Under the pieces are notes generated by a model. The model had not been told where the DNA came from. It saw only the letters and a list, made by a program, of their open reading frames with translations, and ran no database searches. This document shows, one piece after another, positions 37,160-45,631 of a stretch of DNA of 64,000 nucleotides (the first letter of the stretch is position 1; the number at the start of each line of letters is the position of its first letter). A program made the position numbers and the translations under genes. This DNA is from an uncultured Pseudomonadota bacterium (lineage in GTDB: Bacteria > Pseudomonadota > Alphaproteobacteria > RF32 > CAG-239), in contig CASFJS010000001.1 in the NCBI GenBank assembly GCA_949295085.1, forward strand, positions 9,121 through 73,120, written 5' to 3'.

Positions 37160-37182
37160 AAAATCGTTATATCGCTATTTTC
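37152..37182 (+). terminator. rho-independent terminator
   Basis: agcgata-aaaaatcgtta-tatcgct followed by attttcg. The 7-bp stem overlaps the stop codon. Confidence 0.45.
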
Positions 37183-37344
37183 GACAGTAAACTATACATA
37201 ATGTATATTATGCGACAAATATTTATACAAATAAAGAGTCCTATCTTCTGTATAATATCGACAAACAAAAAATATATTATTATCAATATGTTAAAAGATA
37301 TTGACAAAAATTACAATGAAATACAATGCGACAAGAGGCCTTAA

Positions 37345-37902
37345 ATGACAACTATTTTACCTATGCCTGAATTAATCGAAAATGAGATTATCAAGCTTGT
37401 TTCTCGTAACAATCACCGACTTGACGAAGAAATATGGCATCAGACAAATAAAAACCGTGCATTCCTACGCCGTTATCTGGACTGGGTCGACAACACCAAT
37501 TCTGTAAAAGATTGCCGGTCTACAACCGATATGTTCACCGGAGAATGGACTGCCGGCAAAATATATTGTTACTCTATTCTATTAAAATCTTCCGGCGAAG
37601 TTATAGGCTCAATAGATATTCATGCTTGTAACAACAAGCATCAAAACGCTGAAATCGGCTATTGGCTGGCCGAGGCGTATAACGGTCGGGGTCTGATGAG
37701 TATGGCTGTTCAACTGATTGAAAAGCAAGCATTTTTATGCGGATATCATCGTCTGTTTATTGCTGTGCAAAAAGAAAATCTTCCCTCTGCTCGTGTGGCC
37801 GAACGCAACAACTATATTTACGAAGGAACACTTAAAGATGCCATTTTGCTTTACGGAGAATTCCATGACGAATTAATTTTTGCCAAAATAAATAAGTCTT
37901 GA
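37345..37902 (+). CDS. GNAT N-acetyltransferase (RimJ/RimL-like)
   Basis: EIGYWLAEAYNGRGLMSMAV is the acetyl-CoA binding region. 185 aa. Confidence 0.85.
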   Translation: MTTILPMPELIENEIIKLVSRNNHRLDEEIWHQTNKNRAFLRRYLDWVDNTNSVKDCRSTTDMFTGEWTAGKIYCYSILLKSSGEVIGSIDIHACNNKHQNAEIGYWLAEAYNGRGLMSMAVQLIEKQAFLCGYHRLFIAVQKENLPSARVAERNNYIYEGTLKDAILLYGEFHDELIFAKINKS

Positions 37903-37954
37903 TTTTTAGGCTTTTTGGCCTATTATCAATCGTCAAATAACATGGGGTCGTAAG

Positions 37955-38737
37955 ATGCAAATAAGTTTTATGAATGATGAATTTTCCAATATTGACGAGG
38001 CTCTGGCTTTTGCCAAAAAAAATCAGTTGCGTTATATTGAGCTGCGCAAAATCAATAATAAGGATATAACCGAGCTGAGCAAAGATGAAGCTTTCGCTCT
38101 GGCAGACAAAATATCTGCCGCGGGGATTCTTGTCTCCGCCCTGTCCTCACCTTTCCTCAAATGGAAAGAAGGCGCGCAAAGTTTTGCTTTTGGTAATCGC
38201 CCTGTTGCTTCTGAGGCAGAATATTTCACGGCTTTGATGGATTTGGCCGATATTTTCGGTGCCCCCAATATCCGTATTTATTCGTATTTAAAAAATGAAA
38301 GCTTATCACTTGAAGATTTAGGCCGGAAGCTGGATGTTTATAGCCAAATGGCTCTGGAACGCGGCTTAAATCTATTGCTGGAGAATGACAGTCTGTGCAA
38401 CATCGACACAATTAATAAAATGCACCAACTGTTTGAAATATATGGTTTTTCAAATATTTTTCCGTTGCTTGATTTAGGCAACACCATCGCTTCCGGTGAT
38501 GATTTCAAACCGCAAGAGTTACAAGACATCATCAATAAGTGTTTGTATTTTCATATAAAAGATTATGATGCCGAACTCAAACGCTTTGTCGTTGTTGGTG
38601 AAGGCCACGTCGACTATGAAAATATTTTGGCCGACAAACGGACGGATGCGGAATCAATCTTTTCCTTAGACACCCACACCGGCTATCCCGAAGACCTGCA
38701 AATGTCGCTTAATTTATTGCAAACCTGGGAAGATTAA
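37955..38737 (+). CDS. sugar phosphate isomerase/epimerase (xylose isomerase-like TIM barrel)
   Basis: 260 aa with a family-like alternating beta/alpha pattern. Motifs IRIYSY, LLLENDS and YFHIKDYD. Confidence 0.7.
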   Translation: MQISFMNDEFSNIDEALAFAKKNQLRYIELRKINNKDITELSKDEAFALADKISAAGILVSALSSPFLKWKEGAQSFAFGNRPVASEAEYFTALMDLADIFGAPNIRIYSYLKNESLSLEDLGRKLDVYSQMALERGLNLLLENDSLCNIDTINKMHQLFEIYGFSNIFPLLDLGNTIASGDDFKPQELQDIINKCLYFHIKDYDAELKRFVVVGEGHVDYENILADKRTDAESIFSLDTHTGYPEDLQMSLNLLQTWED

Positions 38738-38739
38738 CC

Positions 38740-39084
38740 CTATTTGTTAATCAACAGCTTAACAAAATTCATTAAGAAGACAATGGTCAAAAAGGTTATT
38801 GTCCTGGCTGCCAAAACGATTATACCGGCGCTCTGCCCCACAATAAACACTTGAACTAACAATGCCGCAACGACAGCGCATCCGGTTATAATCAGCCAAT
38901 AATTTTTATTTCCCAAAAAGATAAATGCACAAACGGCCGCCGATACGGACAGTGCATTTTCCCTGGCAAAACCGGCACACAGATTCACAAAAGACTTTAT
39001 ACTGCCTATATTCATTATATAGCCGATAGCTGCAATTATGATAACAGCCGCCAAAATTAAAAAATAAGTTTTTGTTTTACTCAT
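38740..39084 (-). CDS. small polytopic membrane protein (114 aa, about 4 TM)
   Basis: Hydrophobic throughout. The start overlaps the yejF stop by 8 nt, which suggests co-translation with the ABC genes. Confidence 0.6.
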   Translation of the reverse strand: MSKTKTYFLILAAVIIIAAIGYIMNIGSIKSFVNLCAGFARENALSVSAAVCAFIFLGNKNYWLIITGCAVVAALLVQVFIVGQSAGIIVLAARTITFLTIVFLMNFVKLLINK

Positions 39085-40711
39085 TTATCCCTCTGTATTT
39101 CCGTTGATAAGTCTCTTTAACACAATGTTTTTCAGTTATATTGGCCGAATAAATCAGTTGACGGGTATACTTATGTCGCGAATTTTTAAAAATTTTCATC
39201 GCCGAACGAAGCTCAATAATTTTACCGTCTTTCATAACGGCAATATCATCAGCCATAGCCTTGATAGCCCGCATATCATGTGATATAAACAAATAAGAAA
39301 TTCCTCGTTCTTGTTGAATTTTCTGCAACAACTTCAATATCTGTGCCGCAATCGTCACATCAAGCGACGACGTCGGCTCGTCCAAAATAAGAACCGACGG
39401 CTCAACGACCAAAGCTCTGGCTATGGCAATTCTTTGGCGTTGTCCGCCGGAAAATTCGTGAGGATATTTATCCAAAACAGAGTCTTTCAACCCAACCTCT
39501 CGTAATACTTTATAAATACGCGATAATTTGTCTTGGTTTGACAATTGCGGAAAGTGAACTCTTAACCCCTCCCCGATAATTTCGGCAACCGTCATCCGGG
39601 GATTAAGAGAATTATAAGGATCCTGAAAAACAATCTGCACCTGTTTATGCAGGCTTTTATGAGGAATTTCTTGAATGGATTGATTATTGAGAGTAATAAT
39701 ACCCTCAAATTTTATTAATCCGGCCAAAGCCATTCCCAAAGTCGTTTTGCCCGATCCGGATTCCCCGACCAGCCCCAATGTTTTTCCGGTCTTAAGTTTA
39801 AGTGACACACCGTGGAGAGCATAAAACCATTCGCTAACGCGTCCCCAAAAATTTTTCATCACCGGAAATTTAACCTCCAGACGCCGCACCTCGACGAAGC
39901 ACCCGCGGTTTGAATTGTTATTGTTTTTTAATACGTTAGACGAATAAATTAAAGACTTTGTATATTTTTCCGCAGGATGACCAAAAACAGCATGACAACT
40001 TCCCTGCTCGATGATTTTACCGCTTTTCATGACCAAAACTTTGTCGGCTATCCGATGTACAATGTTTAAATCATGACTAATAAAAATAACGGCCATTCCA
40101 AGCTCGTGTTTTAATTTAAGTAACAACTCCAAAATTTGAGAGGCCACCGTAACATCAAGAGCCGTTGTCGGCTCATCGGCGATTAAAAGATCCGGTTTGT
40201 TGGCAATGGCCATGGCAATCATAACGCGCTGCCTTTGTCCGCCGGAAAGCTCGTGCGGATAGGATTTAAAGCGGCGTTTTGCATTGGTAATGCCGGTTTG
40301 TTCCAACAAGCCGATAGCCTGTCGTCGGGCTTGACGGTACGATATTTTTTGATGAACCGACAAAACTTCGGTAATCTGCTTACCAATCGTATGCAAAGGA
40401 TTTAAGCTGGACATCGGTTCTTGAAAGACAAAGCCGATACGGTTTCCCCTAAATTCGCGTATATTCGGATTATTCAACAATTCAATACCCGAAAATTTAA
40501 CGGAACTTTCCGGTGAATGAAAAGCTTTCGGATACGGCAACAATCCTACAATGGATAAGGCTGTCAAAGATTTTCCCGAACCTGACTCTCCGACGATTCC
40601 CAGCACCTCGCCTCTTTCCAGACTAAAATTTACATTTTTAACCACCTTATATCGATAACCGCCGGAGCTGTTGAAGCCGATACTCAAATTGTTCACATCC
40701 AAAAGAGCCAT
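39077..40711 (-). CDS. yejF: fused double ATP-binding-cassette protein, YejF/Opp-Dpp type
   Basis: Two Walker A motifs ([16 protein letters not shown]) and two signature motifs ([18 protein letters not shown]). 544 aa. Confidence 0.88.
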   Translation of the reverse strand: MALLDVNNLSIGFNSSGGYRYKVVKNVNFSLERGEVLGIVGESGSGKSLTALSIVGLLPYPKAFHSPESSVKFSGIELLNNPNIREFRGNRIGFVFQEPMSSLNPLHTIGKQITEVLSVHQKISYRQARRQAIGLLEQTGITNAKRRFKSYPHELSGGQRQRVMIAMAIANKPDLLIADEPTTALDVTVASQILELLLKLKHELGMAVIFISHDLNIVHRIADKVLVMKSGKIIEQGSCHAVFGHPAEKYTKSLIYSSNVLKNNNNSNRGCFVEVRRLEVKFPVMKNFWGRVSEWFYALHGVSLKLKTGKTLGLVGESGSGKTTLGMALAGLIKFEGIITLNNQSIQEIPHKSLHKQVQIVFQDPYNSLNPRMTVAEIIGEGLRVHFPQLSNQDKLSRIYKVLREVGLKDSVLDKYPHEFSGGQRQRIAIARALVVEPSVLILDEPTSSLDVTIAAQILKLLQKIQQERGISYLFISHDMRAIKAMADDIAVMKDGKIIELRSAMKIFKNSRHKYTRQLIYSANITEKHCVKETYQRKYRGINE

Positions 40712-41748
40712 CAGCGGTTTCTCCTTGTGTCAAAAGCATCGCGGATTCCTTCCCCTATAAATATCAACATTGTGAGGAGAGACGATAAAACGACAAAAAT
40801 CGAAATACCGATCCAGGGAGCCTGCAAATTATCTTTTCCCTGTCGCACCAAATCCCCCAGTGAAGGATATTCATGCGATAGCCCCAGACCGAGAAAATCC
40901 AATGCCGTAAGGGCAACGATGGATTCAGACATAATAAAAGGAATAAACGTTATTGAGGCAACCAAAGCATTGGGCAAAATATGCCTGAACATAATCCGGG
41001 TATTGCTAACCCCCAGAGCCTGCGCCGCCTTAACAAACTCAAAATTTCGCACGCGCAAAAACTCTGCCCTTACAACGCCTACCAATGCCGGCCAACTAAA
41101 AAAAAGCATAATAAACAACAAGATCCAGAAAGTCGGTTCAAAAACACTGGCAATAATAATCAAAATAAAAAGTTGCGGCAAAGATTCCCATATTTCCATA
41201 AAACGTTGAATAATGATATCCGTCTTACCGCCGATATACCCCTGCAAAGCTCCGATAATAATACCAATAGCCGAAGATAATGTCGTAAGAATGAAAGCAA
41301 AAACAACAGACAAGCGGATACCGTATAATATGCGGGCCAATATATCACGCCCCTCATCATCGGTTCCCAACCAATGATCCCTGTCCGGCGCCGAAGGTGT
41401 TGGCTTTTCAAGCTGGTAATCAACGGTATTAAAAGAATAAGGAATAAATGTAAACCACAAATCGCCGTGTTTTTGGATATTTTGTATGATAAAAGGGTCC
41501 TTATAATTTGCCTCGGTCGGAAAATCGCCGCCAAATGTTTGTTCTGTATAACTTTTGAACAATGGGAAAAACCACTCTCCCTTATACTTAACGGCCAAAG
41601 GCTTGTCATTAGCAATCAATTCGGCCGCCAAGCTCAAAAGCAGCAATCCGCCAAAAAGAATCAAAGACCAGTAAGCCCGGCGATTCCGGCAAAAAATATC
41701 AAATTTACCAAGCTTTGTCGCAGAATATTTGCTCTTGCGGTCAAACAA
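40711..41748 (-). CDS. yejE: ABC permease, YejE/DppC type
   Basis: 345 aa. N-terminal anchor plus a periplasmic loop. The EAA region reads AAQALGVSNTRIMFRHILPN. Confidence 0.85.
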   Translation of the reverse strand: MFDRKSKYSATKLGKFDIFCRNRRAYWSLILFGGLLLLSLAAELIANDKPLAVKYKGEWFFPLFKSYTEQTFGGDFPTEANYKDPFIIQNIQKHGDLWFTFIPYSFNTVDYQLEKPTPSAPDRDHWLGTDDEGRDILARILYGIRLSVVFAFILTTLSSAIGIIIGALQGYIGGKTDIIIQRFMEIWESLPQLFILIIIASVFEPTFWILLFIMLFFSWPALVGVVRAEFLRVRNFEFVKAAQALGVSNTRIMFRHILPNALVASITFIPFIMSESIVALTALDFLGLGLSHEYPSLGDLVRQGKDNLQAPWIGISIFVVLSSLLTMLIFIGEGIRDAFDTRRNR

Positions 41749-41766
41749 TCTTTTGCCCCTGCCGAA

Positions 41767-44634
41767 TTAGTTTTCAATAACCTTAATTTGGATATTAACA
41801 CCATCCGTATTGTTATTCTTTCCGGCCTCCGACAAACTCTGCCGAAACTGCCGTTTGAGTTCCTCCGGTGTTAATGGCCTTTCGTTTGTTACCGGCGCCT
41901 CCAAAATATCTTTAAGCTCAGGGTTCTGAGAAAAACTTTCAACCTCATGTGCCAGATTGTCCAAAGCCTGTTCGGCCTGCTCGGCCTCGGCCGCTTTTAG
42001 TGTTTTGCGAGCTTTGGCAATAGCTTCTTCTGCCGTGTTTTTTTCTTCCTGCGTATCAAACAACGTATCCGGAAGAACATCTTCGGCATCAGCCTCCGCA
42101 GATTCGCTTACGGGCTGCGATTCGACAGAAACGCCATCAGGCTGACCTGACGGAATTTCTTCCTCGGTAATATTCGTCGCTGCCGTATATTGAGACGACT
42201 GTTCATCCACCGTATTTTCCGTGGTTTGGTCAGCAGATTCCGGCGCTGTTTGATTCGTCACCTCAGGGGGCACACCGTCTGCCGGAGCAGCTGTTGCCGT
42301 CTCAGGGGTGTTCGGCACTTCTGATTCGGTAACATTTGTTTCCACAGAATTTGACGCATCTTCCGTTACGGGAGTTGGTTCGGCTTCAGGTTCGGCTTCC
42401 GGTGTATCGACCTCTCCCGCAGAAGAAGATATATCCGCTGCCGGTCCATCCGTTTTAGTTTCCGCAATGCCGGATTCTGCTTCTTGCGAATGGTTATCTT
42501 CTTTTTCCGCGATATTTGTAGTCATATCTGTAGTCATATCTTCGCTGCCTGACGGAGACAACTCCCCTTGTTGCGTTTCTTCCGCCGCGGCACTGATAGA
42601 CTTAACCTCCTGTTCCGGCACATCTTCAACAACTTGCGGCGAAACAACCGGCTTTGTTATTTTTTTCGGCTGCGCCTCGGACAGTGTTTGCAACGGCTCA
42701 CCAGTCTTATTTGTCTGTTTGGTTTGATAGTCCGCAACCACTCCCGTCTCATTAAAAGCCTGCCAGGCCATACTCCATTTGTCGAAATTTTCTGTCGCCA
42801 AATCAATAACATGTTTTTTGTACTTGTCCTGATCAATCATTTGTTGAATATGTTTCAGGTTTTTATCCGTCGTTTTTATGTTCGAAAATTCTTCACAAGG
42901 CGCATGCGTAAAGAAAAACGAATTTAAAATATCATCAACATCACACAAACTGTAATCTATATCGGCTTTTTGCATGCCGGCGGGATGTATGGCCAACATA
43001 ACCTGATGTTCACGTTGAAGTTGGCGATAATATTCGGTTTCTTTGGTGGACAATCCCTGCGGCGTATTTAATCCTTCTATAATGAGGGTTGTATCTTTCA
43101 AATAGCCCTTTTGATCAAGCTGTCGGATGAAATTATCCAGCGCCCCGAACAAACAATTAATCTGATCGGCATAAGCATTGCGCCGCTCGTCAATAGACGA
43201 AAACTTGGCAAATGCGACATTTTTTTCGCTTAGCCATTGTGACATATTTTTCAAATGACAAAATTCATCATAAATATATGTTTCCGAGGGCAAATCGACA
43301 ACGGCAATATACGCCTGATTCCCGGACTGACGCTCAAGGCTGTCAATAATTTGATCAAAAACCCTAAAAGAATTGACCGTATAAATTTCATCGGGCTTAA
43401 AATTCATACTGACTCTAAATTGCGCCGGCAGAATAAAATCAGCCATTTTCAATATCGGATTCAAATTATCAACAAGCCCTGTGGAGGTAAGCCATTGCGC
43501 CGCAAGCAGTATGGTGGATTGCGCCGGAGAAAGATCGCCGCCGCTCCAAACCGTCGGAGCATTAATTTTTTGTTTGCAGAGAGCAACGGCCAACCTATTA
43601 TCCAAATAACAAACATCAATTCCTCTGGATTGGAAGACATTAAGGGCATACTCGTTTTTTCTCAAAAATGAGTACAACGAGCTGTCTTTCAAATAAATTT
43701 TATCTTTTTGCAAGATGTCAAAAATAAAATACTTATCCCGAACGGCCGACAGTTGCATGTGTTCTTCCGCGGCTTTGTCGGAATCCGGATTAAGCGATGA
43801 CACAACATTCAAAAACGGATTGTCAACAGGCTTGGTCATGGCATTGGGGTATAAAATAAAATTATTTTTTGTAAAGAAACCTATCGCATTATTAAAACTT
43901 TCCTGAATGTTAATCTTCTGTTTTGACACCTGAGCCATTGCTGCCAGATTATTGGGCGATGTTAAACTGTTAAAAGACAAAAATATCAAATTTTTTCCGA
44001 CAGCCTCATCCTTTAATATCGGACCGGATGCAACAGTCTTAAAATACTGCGAAGATGTATTGGCATAAGCTTCATTTAACACCCACCCCATGCAAAGAGC
44101 CATTAATATTGTCAGATACAGCAAAAACGAACGTCTGAGTTTATTGAAAAGCAACCAACAGATAACAAAGATAACACTCCCTATGATCCACAGCGAATAC
44201 TTATACAAAACAAGATTAACGTCATCACTGAAAACGCCGTTAAAAATAATCAGTAATCCGGAATGCTTTTCAAAGGAGGCAAACTGATTAACAAAGGCCA
44301 CACACAACAACGCAACCAGTAAAGCCAGAAACAGGTTCTGCAACCCGTGAATAAAAGAAGCCGTGAACATAAGAAGAAAACTGAACAAAGCAATCCCTGT
44401 ATAAATGTACAAAGCTTCGGTATTCAAAAAAAACGAAGAAGTAAAAATATTATAATTGCCGGAATTAGCAAACAACGTAAAATCAAGTGAAATCAAAAGC
44501 GCACAAAGAATGGTTTTTATGATAAGATCAAACAAATACCTGAAAACACGCATTTTTTTACTTGCTTGCACGGAGGCGGCACGAATTTGTTTTGCAGAAA
44601 ATTTTCGCGGATCTTCCAGATGAATATCATCCAT
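41767..44634 (-). CDS. large polytopic membrane protein (955 aa) with an extracytoplasmic domain and an acidic low-complexity tail
   Basis: ATG start. About 6 TM helices within aa 35-195, a ~420-aa soluble domain, a ~235-aa E/T/P/S/A-rich tract, and a helical C-terminus. It ends 18 nt upstream of yejE. Confidence 0.75.
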   Translation of the reverse strand: MDDIHLEDPRKFSAKQIRAASVQASKKMRVFRYLFDLIIKTILCALLISLDFTLFANSGNYNIFTSSFFLNTEALYIYTGIALFSFLLMFTASFIHGLQNLFLALLVALLCVAFVNQFASFEKHSGLLIIFNGVFSDDVNLVLYKYSLWIIGSVIFVICWLLFNKLRRSFLLYLTILMALCMGWVLNEAYANTSSQYFKTVASGPILKDEAVGKNLIFLSFNSLTSPNNLAAMAQVSKQKINIQESFNNAIGFFTKNNFILYPNAMTKPVDNPFLNVVSSLNPDSDKAAEEHMQLSAVRDKYFIFDILQKDKIYLKDSSLYSFLRKNEYALNVFQSRGIDVCYLDNRLAVALCKQKINAPTVWSGGDLSPAQSTILLAAQWLTSTGLVDNLNPILKMADFILPAQFRVSMNFKPDEIYTVNSFRVFDQIIDSLERQSGNQAYIAVVDLPSETYIYDEFCHLKNMSQWLSEKNVAFAKFSSIDERRNAYADQINCLFGALDNFIRQLDQKGYLKDTTLIIEGLNTPQGLSTKETEYYRQLQREHQVMLAIHPAGMQKADIDYSLCDVDDILNSFFFTHAPCEEFSNIKTTDKNLKHIQQMIDQDKYKKHVIDLATENFDKWSMAWQAFNETGVVADYQTKQTNKTGEPLQTLSEAQPKKITKPVVSPQVVEDVPEQEVKSISAAAEETQQGELSPSGSEDMTTDMTTNIAEKEDNHSQEAESGIAETKTDGPAADISSSAGEVDTPEAEPEAEPTPVTEDASNSVETNVTESEVPNTPETATAAPADGVPPEVTNQTAPESADQTTENTVDEQSSQYTAATNITEEEIPSGQPDGVSVESQPVSESAEADAEDVLPDTLFDTQEEKNTAEEAIAKARKTLKAAEAEQAEQALDNLAHEVESFSQNPELKDILEAPVTNERPLTPEELKRQFRQSLSEAGKNNNTDGVNIQIKVIEN

Positions 44635-44752
44635 ATTCTTACCCTCATGTTAATCAAAAGCCTAAAACTCTGCTTAATCCTAACCGATATTTAATTTAGT
44701 TAAAACAAAAATTATGTCTGTTTGCACAACTTCTGCAAAATATTGCGGATAC

Positions 44753-44785
44753 AAAAAAGAGACCGAAACCAAACGTTTCGGCCTC
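44753..44785 (-). terminator. rho-independent terminator of rpsD
   Basis: Minus strand: gaggccgaaac-gtttg-gtttcggtctc followed by TTTTTT. Confidence 0.65.
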
Positions 44786-44804
44786 AGAGAAACATAAAGA
44801 AAGG

Positions 44805-45416
44805 CTATCTTGAATAAAACTCAATAACCATATTCGGTTGCATAAGAGATGCGTACGGTACATCTTCAAATTTAGGCACAAAAGCATATTTGGCAACCAT
44901 CTTTTTAGCATCCAGCTCCACATACGCCGGAACATCGCGCGAAGCAGATTCCAACGCGGCGATAACCATGGGCAGCTGTTTGGACTTAGTACGTACCTCT
45001 ACAACATCACCGGCTTTCAAGGCATAAGACGGAATATTAACTTTTTTGCCGTTAACGGTAACATGGCCGTGATTAACAAACTGACGAGCGGCAAAAATCG
45101 TCGGCACAAATTTTGCTTTGTAAACAATATTGTCCAACCGTGATTCCAACAGGCCGATAAGGTTCTCGGCCGCGTCGCCGGAGCGCCGAATAGCCTCAAC
45201 ATAATATTTATGAAACTGCTTTTCGGAAACATTGCCGTAATAAGTTTTCAACTTTTGCTTGGCTGACAATTGCTCACCGTAATCGGTCGGTTTCTTTTTC
45301 CTTTGTCCGTGCTGTCCCGGAGCATATTCTCTCTTAGCAACGGAACCGTTCGGAGCCCCCCAGATAACACCTAATTGGCGTTCTTTTTTCTTCTTTGTGG
45401 TAACAATACTTTTCAT
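44805..45416 (-). CDS. rpsD: 30S ribosomal protein S4
   Basis: 203 aa with a typical S4 N-terminus and S4 RNA-binding domain ([10 protein letters not shown]). Confidence 0.95.
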   Translation of the reverse strand: MKSIVTTKKKKERQLGVIWGAPNGSVAKREYAPGQHGQRKKKPTDYGEQLSAKQKLKTYYGNVSEKQFHKYYVEAIRRSGDAAENLIGLLESRLDNIVYKAKFVPTIFAARQFVNHGHVTVNGKKVNIPSYALKAGDVVEVRTKSKQLPMVIAALESASRDVPAYVELDAKKMVAKYAFVPKFEDVPYASLMQPNMVIEFYSR

Positions 45417-45464
45417 CTGTTAGATTTCCTTTGTTTGATTAACATTATTGTCCCGATAGTCCTG

Positions 45465-45503
45465 GCCTCGAAAACAGACCAAACGAGGCGGCCAAAACCG
45501 CCT
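45465..45503 (-). promoter_or_regulatory. hairpin plus U-rich tract in the rpsD 5' leader (possible attenuator or S4 autoregulatory structure)
   Basis: Minus strand: AGGCGG-UUUUGG-CCGCCU followed by CGUUUGGUCUGUUUUCG, about 50-85 nt upstream of the ATG. Confidence 0.3.
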
Positions 45504-45631
45504 TCATTCTCGGAAGTAGGCAAACTCTATATCAATATAATTTGAAAATCAAGTATTTTTTATAATTTTGCTGGATTTTTAAAGCGTTTTCTGCTACAAA
45601 AACAAAATCATGCTTCATCCGGGAAAAAATT

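Noticed and set aside
42377-42400. Tandem 12-nt repeat ggttcggcttca/ggttcggcttcc
   Set aside because: There are only two copies, and they lie inside the acidic low-complexity coding tract (encoding PEAEPEAE). It is not a CRISPR or VNTR-type array.
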